Of a stretch of 64,000 nt of DNA, positions 50,544-60,974 are shown in pieces. The stretch lies in assembly GCA_008632985.1 (NCBI GenBank), contig QPGO01000041.1, positions 124,001 to 188,000 on the forward strand, written 5' to 3'. The notes under the pieces were generated by a model. The model saw only the letters and a list, made by a program, of their open reading frames with translations, did not search any database and was not told the DNA's origin. The number at the start of each line of letters is the position of its first letter. Position 1 is the first letter of the stretch. Position numbers and translations under genes: made by a program. This stretch comes from Psammoneis japonica. Taxonomy: Eukaryota.

Positions 50544-53500
50544 TCACCTGCTTTTGTGAAACAGCTCTCCCCATGCATTTCTGCGGTCTTGAACTGCCCA
50601 AACATGCTTTGTCCTGTCGTGTGTCTCAGCAATGCCGGGTTGCTCCTCATGCACCAACAATTTGTCACCAACAGCGTCGGTGGGCACCAAGAAAAGCTTG
50701 GGTGAGTACACTGTTTGTTCAGCAGAGGACAAGTTGTTGTTCTTCACTTGGTCCAATTGCCAGCGACCAACCAGGTCAGTGTGTTGCATTCATTCAACCA
50801 TGGTGCGCTTGTTGGGCTGGCACGTGCAAGGGTGAACGACCGCATGCAAGTCACCGTCGCTTTCCCTTTGGAAGAAACAGTGAAGTCTTGACGGGAAGCA
50901 CAATTCCCCCCCAGTTGTGCCAAAGTTGACATTCGCCCAGTCGTTGTTTGGTCCTTCGCTGTTGCAGTCTGGGTGTGCGCGGCAAGTGTCTTTCCCGTTC
51001 TTGTGGCAGAATTCGGTTTTGCAAACAAGGTTGACGGTGAGGTCACCTCCTGCTCCAACGCATTCCCTCCACTTCTTTTGAAAGAAATGGAGCAGGACCG
51101 GGTGAACCTGACATTGTTTTTGCTTTCCGTGCCAGAGAAAGCTTGCTGCATTGTTTGTCACACTGCAGGTGATGGCAAAGGCACTGCCACCCAGTGTGTG
51201 ACTGTCGTCACCACATGCAACGTCCTTTCGTCCAACTCTCAATGTGATCCATGGGTTGGCCGACAACGCACGGTGCACCGTCATTTGGTCTTGCATGCGC
51301 GATGCAACCTGACCCAGGAAGATGTCAAAGCTGCATTGTTGTGCCGTGGCAGAGGGCAATTTGAAAAAATCCTCAAGCAAAGATTCTCCAAGACCAGCGT
51401 CAAAGTTCATGGCATGATGGAAATGACATAGAAAGATTGGAAGGTGAAGAAGCTCATGAAGTTTTTGCAGCTTCCACCCAGCCCCTTCGTGTCTGGGGGA
51501 GTGATGCATGATGCAAGACACCAGCAACCGAATTTTCTTTGTGATTTTGGTCAGGTCAGTTGTGTCGGTCGGTGGGTCGCTGAGTCGACACCAAGCATGG
51601 AAGGCAAGCAGGTCTTCCAGCAACTGGACGCATTGCCCAACACTGCAACTGAGGGGCTTTCTCTTTTTTTTCCTTTTCCATTGATTGTGGCTGTTGCCTT
51701 CATCCTCGGACTCGTCCGGTTGTTGTTCCACACAATCGTCTTCATCCGTTTTGCATGGATCATCTGTTCTGTTGTTGGAATGATGATCGTTGCCATTGTC
51801 GCACTCTTCCGGCATGTGATGGTGATTGATTTGGAACCCAGGTGTCCCACGCCCTGATGGCAATGGATGATCGTCTTGGTCTTCCTGGAGAAAACAAGAT
51901 TCGCAGACATCTCTGCCTTCCTTTGTCAGCAGCAACAAACAAAAAACAAAGGCCATCCCCGCCCAATGATGTGAGTTGAGGCAGGTGAGTGATGTTGCCC
52001 CGCCCTTGAAATTGGTTCGCAAGAAAGAATTGCACGTGGATCAGTGATTGCCAAACATTTTTTCCACCAATCTGTCGACCTCGCTTCTCACTGAGTTTGT
52101 CATGCTGTCAACAAAAACACCAACCTCCCTTTTTAAAGTTCCGTTTTCAAAAAGGTGCATCATGTCGCTTGCCGTGGAAAGGGTTGCTCCGAATGGCTGT
52201 TCTCCGAAATCTGCACTGAGCAAGCTGTTGGTGGGCACATTGTGCTGCTTCATGCAATGAAGCTGCTGCAGCCAGTGGCTCCTTTCTTGCTCGTCAAGAC
52301 TGAGATCATTTGCGTGGTTCTGGACTGACAAAATGTCGCCAGCCCTGACTGGTTCGCACTCCTTCCAAGGGTCGTCAAGCTCATTGCATCCGGTCATGCA
52401 AAACCTGGAACAACATTGGTGACAGTTCTTGGCACCACACCCACCCACAAGGCAGTCACCACTCTTCGCATCTCCATTGATTGGGGTCATTGTTGGAATG
52501 ACATGAAGGAAACGTGTCTCATCACCGCGTCGAACGCAGCAGCGAAAGCCACCGTTTTCCATTGTGTCTGGCAGAGGCTGGAGCATTGTTGCCAACACCT
52601 TGTGATGATCCTGGATGCTTTGGCCCTTCTCCGACTTTCGAGCATTAGATTGCTGTTTGGCGGTGGAGGAGGACATTTTTTCTAGGTCGGGAATGCAGCC
52701 AAGGACACGCCACTTCGCTCTGTCATGCCATTGGTTGCAGGCAACATGAGCCGACGTAACCATGACGGGTTCTCCGCAGGAAGACGACATGGAGGCTGTC
52801 TTCCCAGTCTTGTCAACGTAAATTGTCAAACATTCAAGGAACTCTTTAAGAGGATCCGAGACCCTGGCTGCACGCGCACTTCTGTGCCACTCTCCTGCCA
52901 AAACACACTTGTCGTGCTTTCCCTTTGAGACATGCGTTCCGCATGGATCGGCAGTGTCGGCGAGATTGCTGGGGTTGGCCCATGTGCAAGCATCCAGCAT
53001 GAACGATTCCCACACATCTTTGAAATTCCATCGCGGAGCTCTTGCCATTGTCTCACCGTGTTCCCCATTGATGCTTTCTAGGTTGACTGGAATCATCTCG
53101 CATTCCGGACCTGCAAAAGATTTGTGCAGGTTCTCCACCAGTTTGGTCTGGCAAGGGATTTGTGTTCCAAGATGGAAGGTGCTGCCACAGTGTCTTTCGA
53201 TGAACTCGGCGATCTTGTCGCACAGGTGAAGCGGTGCTCTGCAGTCATCTAAGAGCTTGCACAGCTCTGCACAAGCACCGTTGAGGTTGCCAAGAGATGG
53301 CATGCATGCAAAGGTGTCTTCGGCTGGGCTGCGGTGCACCTTGCCCAATTGGCTGTCTTCACTCCGCGAATCATCTTCGTCTGAGCTGTTTGATTTGTCA
53401 GGATTTGCAACTTCGGAGCCCTCCATTGTGACATCTGGCAGCGCGTCAAACGAGTTGTCTGGTGACAAGCTGGCTTCGGAAGACAAGTCCAGGGACATGT

Positions 53501-53942
53501 CATGAATTTCCTCGTGATGGGATCACGGCCCAAGAGCGGAAATGTCATCATCAAACGGCGGTGACCATGGTTCATCGCTTCTGTCGTTTTTGTTGTCAGT
53601 GGACCCAAGCCTGATGTTTGCTGCGGATGCACCTCGTCTGGACCGCCTCAGCCATGGCTGTGACGCGTCATCTGATGAGGAGGAAATGTCGAGATCAACC
53701 GACCCACGTCTGCGAGAGAATTTGTTGCTGACGTTGGAAGATTTAGCCGCAACCCTTGCTGACAACTCTGGCATTGGGCAGTTTGTGACTGCATCGCGAC
53801 GTGACAAGTTGGGCATCTCTTGAGCAAACGAAAAACATGGTGGGTCATGATGGAAATGGGTGAGCATCCGTTTGAAGGATCGTTTGCAACGGGGACATGC
53901 CACCACACCACCCCCACCCTGCCAACCACCATTTCCTTCCAT
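50544..53942 (-). pseudogene. Plavaka transposase (~1130 codons) with N-terminal Zn-finger-like motif; three in-frame TGA stops
   Basis: ORFs 53523.., 52041.., 50790.. and 50544.. are one frame. Motifs CPRCKRSFKRMLTH, IYVDKTG, WRVLGCIPDL, NGDAKSGD, DMMHLFENG, GWKLQKLHELLH, NFDAGLGE, RAHPDCNSEGPNNDWANV. Confidence 0.85.
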
Positions 53943-54257
53943 TTGTTGTTGCAGCAGGTTTGTGGGCCACCCAAACACATGTGTGTTCGAATGGCAGCAC
54001 TGGTTCAGTTCGTGAAAAGTGAAATGGTTTGGGTGGCAAGGAAGGAAAACATGACATGAATTGGTGCGAAAACATGGGTGCATTGTGTTCTTCCCATCAA
54101 TGAAAACATTGACAGGTGAGAATGAATCGAGTGCGTTGTGATGATTGACAACTTTGAGCATGAATGGCTGATTGCAAATGTTGTTTTTCTACGGAAAGGA
54201 AAAAATAAGTTGTGACATGATGAGCCGTGATGCGTTGCAGCGAGAAGTCCAGGAGGG

Positions 54258-55433
54258 GTGCACCCACACCTGCTGCAGCACCAGACACAAACGTTGCAAT
54301 CAACAATGAATGCTGTTGCACAAAATGACCGCTTGACAGCACATTGGCCAAACGACTGCTGGAGGAGATTTGAAAGTTTGACAATCATGACGGCAGATGG
54401 AAGGCAACAAATCATGGAATCGGAGCACGAGGCGGCTTTTGATGAATTGGATTGTTTGATGCAAAGTTCACCACAAGGTGGGATGGTGCATTCTGATGAC
54501 ACGGGTGCAGCTTTGATCGAGTTTGAGAGCGGCACACATGCGGTTGACCCACACCTGCGCCGTGACGCGATGGACCTGCAACGCATGATGAACGAGGACG
54601 ACATCGAAGGGAGGTGGCAGGAACCATGGAAGCAGAGGTGCAACCACATGGTTTGGCTGCACGAACATGTGAGTGATTGGAGCACAGAAGCAATTGAGTG
54701 CATGCACGCCAGCACAGGCATGATCTCAATTCACGACAACCTGAACTGGTTGAATGGCATCGTCAACTGTGGCATTGGTGCTCGCCATCACCCGGAGCAT
54801 TGGGGCTGCATTGCAACTCACCAAGACAGGCAAGGAAGGATGTGCTGTGTCTGCAGTGCTCTGCACAATGAAGGAGAGAAAGAGCTGAGGGATGAATTTG
54901 CAGCGGGTGCATGTGATGGTGCAAAACCAGTCATTGACAGGGGAGACGTTTCGAGATTGAGACGGAATTCGAGCGTCAGCATGCCAACCCATGGCATGGA
55001 CGAGACAGGCACTTGCAGACCGTTGGGAGAAACATCGGCAAGGGGAGGCACATGCGGACTTGCAATGGACAAGAAGGGAATTGTTTGCGATGCATTAAAA
55101 CTGGCGAAGTGGTTCCAGCATGACATCGTGCGAGACAACCATGAAAGACTTTGGTTCTGTGAGCAAATGGAGTTCTTCAGGTTGTCTCCACGGACAGTCA
55201 ATGAACGGATGCTGGACATCATCCGGAAGGAGGATGGTGAGCGGGAGAAATTTCAAAGCAGGAGAAAGGAAAAGCACTGGGTGGAGAGACGTCGTCACGT
55301 TGAAGTTGACGAATTCATGAGAATGGTCGGAGCGGAGACGAGGGCTTTCACCCACATGACTGACTGTTCCGACATCGGGCGACACATCAAGTTGAGAGTT
55401 ACGAAGTTGGAGGGTGATGACGAACTGGACTAG
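54258..55433 (+). pseudogene. Transposon cargo ORF D, unknown function, divergent from the transposase
   Basis: 391-codon charged, protein-like ORF without Tyr. Confidence 0.55.
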
Positions 55434-55862
55434 AGAAAACGATTTGGCGCCAAAAAGGATGGATGTGCTTGGGCCCCAACAGCAAACCGGAACAACGTTG
55501 AAGCAGGTGAGGGGTTTGTTCATTGCAGCAAAAACAACTTTTGCAGGCGCATGTTTCACAATGATGTTTTGGACAAAACACTTTTGCAAGCAATTTGCAC
55601 TGTGGAAGTGGATTTCGAAATTGCAGCAAAAGAGAGGTTTGAACTGGAATTCGCAATGATTCAAAATTTTCACAAGATCACAAGGAGTGGTAAAATGGAT
55701 GAATCATGTGCACATCAAAAGATTTGGTTGATTCTCAATCATGTTGCATTTGAGAAAAAGGAATCATTGATGGCAACTGCAAGATTTTTGGCATTAAAGA
55801 GAGGTTTGAAAATTTTCCAACGGCGAAAATAACTGGGACACAAGGCATGGAGCCACCCACAA

Positions 55863-57066
55863 TTGGCAACAATGGCAAGGAAGAAGAAGAAAGGAACTGC
55901 GGGGGTGGCTGGAGATCAACCAACAAGCCCAAGGCTGGCCGCAGTGTTGGTGTGGGTGGGAGCCACTGGGGATCACCAGTCTGTGAAGAGAGAGGTGGAA
56001 GAGGTGGCGTGGAAGGAACTTTTCCCAAAGGCAAAATTCCTTGTCAAGGCGGACATGGCAAGCAGTGGCAAAGTGTCGCGGCTCATCAGGAAAAAGACAG
56101 CCGGAGGAAATTACAGCAAGCGAGACTGGGCGGGAGCATGGGAAGACTGGGCAAAGAAGTGCGTCATGTGTGCAATTGACACGAAAAGGAGCACGGTCAC
56201 TCAGGCGATCAAGAACAATGCAATGGCTGGCAAGTGTTTTGTGGTGCACGGCATGTTGAGTGCAGTTGCACTCAACACAACTGCACCTTCATTTGTTGAA
56301 GTCATGTTGACAGAGAATGAAGCAGAGGAGACACACAGTCAGAAGCCAGCAGCAAAGGGTGGAGGTGGGAAGAAGAGCAAGAAGAGGAAGAAGAACGATC
56401 GCACGGAAGAGGAAGAGCCGTTCCTGGTGACTTGGGGGGAGGAGACTGTGACAACGATTGTGGAGGACAAGCGCAAGAACAAGGAAGCACATGCTTGGTT
56501 CTACGAAAACATCCTGAAATTCACAAAGAGCACCACCACATGGAGAAGAAAGGCAGAGTCGGGTGAGACAAAGGCAACCAGTCAGGCTGCAGCGAGCGAC
56601 GAGGCTCTAGCGCTGTTGACATTGGAAAACTGCTGGAAGAGTTGGGAGCACAAGGCACGTCATGACAAGACTGTTGCAGCAGGGGGGGGGGGGGTTCGGA
56701 CGAAGAAGATGAGGAAGAGTCGGAACCAACACTCAAGTGCACGCAGGGATCAAGCGATTCAACGAACTGCTTGCGGCAGCAAAGAAAGACAGGTTGAGTG
56801 AGGAGGGCATGCAGTTCGACACATGGTGCAGCAAAGGCAAGAAAAGGAAGAGTGACGAAAGAGGCAAGGGATCGAAAAGAAAGAAAAAGCAGGTGGAGGA
56901 GGCAAGAACACAGGCAACGATGGAGCTTTCAAGTGACGACGAGGAGAGGGAGGAAGAGGCAACGGACGAGAACAGAGGAGACGAGGACAGCAACGAAGGG
57001 GAGGAGGACAGTGATGCGGAAAGCGATGCGAGTGTAGATGCAGATGGTGAGCGAGCTGCGGCATGA
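55863..57066 (+). pseudogene. Transposon accessory gene (SDEALALLxLEN / GIKRFNEL family), probable intron 56230-56301, acidic tail
   Basis: KRSTVTQAIK, HAWFYENIL, SDEALALLTLEN, GIKRFNELLAAAKKDR; homologous to the gene at 337-1420. Confidence 0.7.
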
Positions 57067-58097
57067 AAAGGCAGCGGAGGCTTTTGTTAGTGTGACAATG
57101 GAAAGAGGACAAGCAACGCAGCAGGCTTCAATGTCAACAGTTGTGAGGTTTGACAAAGTGTCAAAGGGATCATTGTTTTGTGATCTAACCTTTCGTTTGA
57201 CAACCAGTGCATGCAACAGAACCAGTGCATGCAATGGAACGTTCTCTTGACCAATGTAACGCAATGATTGGCATTAAATTGTCATCAACCAAAACGTTGT
57301 GAACATTGCTTTCAAAAGGTAAAAAGTGACGGAATTCTGACAGTCAAGGGAGGGGTCCCACAGGCAAAGGAGGGGTCCCATGGTGAAAAATGCAATGCTG
57401 TGATGTGTGATAAAAAATCACGTTCTACACAACTCACTCAATGTGAAACCATTGCATTCACACCTGTGATGGCATTGAAAATCACCTGTGAGAAGGGTGG
57501 TCAGGATCACTGTGTTTCGCGCTCTGATGCTGCTGTCAGCAAAATGAAAAGCATGCATGGTCAACTGCAACTGCTGACAACAATGAAAACTTGAACTTTC
57601 TTCCTCCACATTGACATTTCTTGACATCATTGAGATGCCAGCTCACATCTCTGGCAAAATGGAGACAATGCATGCACTGGCTGTCAGCTGTCCCAAGTGC
57701 TGTGCAGGATCTGCATGGGCCTGGTGATGACTCAGAAAAAAGTCAACAACAAAAGAGCTGCAGCAGTTCTTGACTCAAGAGGAAAAAGTTTAAGGTCCTC
57801 TCAGCAAAAGAGACTTCTGAAACAGCTGTGAGATGTGCACAGAATGCAGAACGTCAGGGTCATCTGGGCAAGACATGTCATCCACCGCTGCATTTTTCAT
57901 GCCAGACAAATCATGTTTGCAGCACAAATTTATTCCAAGTTGGCCATGTGCTCAAGCAGGGCAGCACACCAAACACAAAACAGCAGCTGTTGTCCTTGAT
58001 GAGAAGCAGCAGCAGCCCAATCATCAGTGCACATCAGCAATCTGCACTCTCCTCCAAGATGACATCTTTGCAGAAGAAGAAGAAGAAGAAGAAAGCA

Positions 58098-58259
58098 ATG
58101 GCAGGTTCTTCAGCAGAATCCTTTGAATGCAACAGGTCTGTTTCAGCATGAGGTGCTCCACAATTTATCATTTCCTTCATGGCAGGTTCTTCAGCAAAAT
58201 TCTTTGAATGCAACAGGTCTGTTTTGGCATGAGGTGCTCCACAATTCATCATTTCCTTC
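58098..58259 (+). repeat. Tandem duplication, 2 x 81 bp
   Basis: atggcaggttcttcagca...atcatttccttc at 58098-58178 and 58179-58259. Confidence 0.92.
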
Positions 58260-58572
58260 ATTGCTCACATCACATCTGCTTCACATTGTTGACTGACACT
58301 GCTGTCATGGTCGCAAAGTGCAAAGAAGTTGTGAAAAAATGAGAACACACTGCCATGGCAAGTTGCACAAAAAACCAGCTTCAATCCAAGCAGAATTCTG
58401 GGCCAGTTCAATGCTCTAAGTTGTCAGCAAGTTTTTTAATTTGTGAACATTTTCACAAACAGTTTGAAAGCACTCTTTGTGTCAGCCAAACAGCGCACAA
58501 TCAGATTCATTGAGAAAACAGCCAGTGTTTTCACAATGCAAGTTTTCAATTGATTTGTGACATCACAAGCTG

Positions 58573-60308
58573 CCGTGCACAAGAAGTCTGGAATGCCAAA
58601 AAAGTCTGGAATTCTTCGCACCGCGCATGCGCATGTTGTCATGCACGAGCACGCACACAGCACCGCACTGTGCACCGTGCTGGTCTTCCGCCGTCCGCCG
58701 CATTGCCGTGTTGATCCAACACAGTCGCAACTCTGACAAACATGGGCAGACTGACAATGACAGCCATTGAGCCATCTAGATCTAAATGTGTCATCTGCTG
58801 CTTAAATGCTCATGGGACAATGTGCGCACTTGCTGCTGACTCCACCATTGAGAGACGCAATTGCACGTTCGCCTGCTGCAGCAAACTCCATCTTCAACAT
58901 CCATCTACGACCAGACAACAAAAACTCCAGGGTCCGATTCCCCAGATGAACAAATGCTGTCAAAGAACACATGTCATGCAGAGCATCAGCCTAGAAAGCC
59001 CACTGCAAGCTCTCGCAGTCACAGATGTCCATGCTGGCAAACTGACAAGCAAAGTGCAAATGTGAGCGGAACAAAGTGTCGTGCACAACAATGAACCAAT
59101 GAGGACACACAAAACAGCACACTCACCACGTGAGCTCCCAGAGATGATTCTGAGTGATTCTGCCAAATTTTATGCCCCCCAGCACCAGCAGCGGTTTGTG
59201 GCATCCGCACAACCAAGAGGAGGCAAGGTGCCCGGCTAAACCATCCTCCACCTCGTCATTTTGCCAAGTGCAAAGCCCAGAAACGCAGTTGCACCACCAA
59301 GATCTGCCAAAATGACGTGGACAAAATCACATCCTGGACAATGAAGTCAACGCGGTTGAAGAATGAGAGGAAAGGGTCAAAAAGGACCAGACACCTGCAC
59401 ATGAACCTGACTCACAAAAAAAGGCTCGTGAGGTGTGAGAATTTTGTCAAAACGAGTCTAAAAGCCAATCAATCACAAAACACTCACTGGACTGTCTTCT
59501 GTGGACAATGAAAAGACTGTCTGACAAATGCAAACATCGTGACTGGCCCTGAGGCTCAATCGCGTTGATTTGTTCCCATGGCATGCACTTTTCAGAAATT
59601 GTGTCGCCACAAAAATGACATGCCATTGTTGTGCGCCAACAAAGAACCCAAGAAGGATGTCAAGCGCGTCACAAGTCCATCCCAATGTCAACAACAGTTG
59701 CGCCAAAGGACGCAGAGCGGGACAAAGCACAAGGCTCCCAAACGAGTGCGCTTTGGTGGTGCAAATGCCATTAAAAAATTGTCAATGTTGCAGAAATGAC
59801 AATCAACCGCATGAGACGATCAAGCCACCTGTGAAGATGTGACAAAGCACAAACAACATAGATTGGCAATCATTCAGACGGCATGAAATGAGAAAATGTA
59901 GAAAGAACTTGCCACGGCAACGTTGTCGACCATTCAGATGTCACCCGCACCATGCCGCAATTGAGTCACGAGTCGAGGCACGCAACCGTTTGCAGCATGT
60001 GCAGCAACCAAAGCAGCCCAGGAGACCAAACCAATGTGCCAACCTCTTTGCAACAAGAGCAAAAAAAGATCCCTCCGCATGACGCATCGTCATCACGATG
60101 TGTGCCATGGCGAGATGCGTCAAAGCACAAGCATGCCGCAAAATCGGGTCCGGATGAGTACAATCAAATTGTTCGACTCTCGCACTTCACCGTGGTGAAA
60201 TTTCAGTCACGGACCCCGGGAACGTCTGAGGTCTCCGGTGGTGCACTTTCTACATGATTCTACATGAAAAACCAAAAAAGTCTGGAATTCCAGACTTCTT
60301 GTGCGTGG
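58573..60308. mobile_element. ~1.7 kb TIR element flanked by TG dinucleotides, interior decayed
   Basis: ccgtgcacaagaagtctggaat at the left and attccagacttcttgtgcgtgg at the right; subterminal ccaaaaaagtctggaattc at both ends; tg at 58571-72 and 60309-10. Confidence 0.75.
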
Positions 60309-60974
60309 TGGCAAGGTTCAACACAAACTCTAACTCCAGATCAATGACCCTTTGTGTCAGGATGCTTTTGACGCAATGAAAATGGAAAATGAAGAGCAAT
60401 CACCTGTTTGGGTGTGTGCAAAACACCCTGACATTCTCAAACATGAGTTGCAAGTTCATTCCTAAGTTGGCGACATGCAAAATCTATGTCCAAACAAGAA
60501 AATGTCAATTTTTTGCACTTTTTCGTTCACGCGCAGCTGGAGCACGTCATGTGTGCTCTGTGCCTCGAGCGACCACATGCGCCAACAATCACAGGGCAGG
60601 ACGGCTCTGAACATGCACCACATTTACATGGCACATGCCTGTCTGTGTCCGTGACATGTTCCTGTCTATGGTACAAGGCCGGATCGAATTCTGTGGGACT
60701 CATCTAGACTGAGATGTGTTTTGACAAACCAAAAGCTCGAATGATCCACAAGAAGAAAATCTTACTTCGCACGGGCATCGATAAGACGTCACACAGCTTC
60801 ACAAACTCACGAACAGAAACGGAATCTTCTGTGCAACCCTATCCTTGTGCATGCAACCGGAGCGGTTTCCGCAGGTTTTATTGCATGCGTGGCACGTGAA
60901 CCTCTGTTTTCTCACGGGATTGCCATGTTGAATGTGGGATATGTGGGTGCATTAGTTCATTTCTCAACATCTTC

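Larger units (their letters stand above)
45000..57400. mobile_element. Large multi-gene Plavaka-type DNA transposon (ends approximate)
   Basis: Transposase at 50544-53942 plus flanking ORFs with a shared TA-lost/CG-retained composition, and AT-rich non-coding margins. Confidence 0.65.

Noticed and set aside
50544..53942. In-frame TGA as selenocysteine or an alternative genetic code
   Set aside because: Better explained by CGA->TGA decay; host genes in the window use TGA as a normal stop.
44975..57405. Plavaka TIR pair cacagtgttg (~44977) / caatgctgtg (~57392)
   Set aside because: Only about 10 bp, requires assumed reversions and does not extend inward.
38600..60700. Hundreds of overlapping Cys/His-rich ORFs in all six frames (apparent metal-binding proteins or overlapping genes)
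   Set aside because: Expected by-product of TA loss: TAA/TAG stops vanish and Tyr codons become Cys/His.
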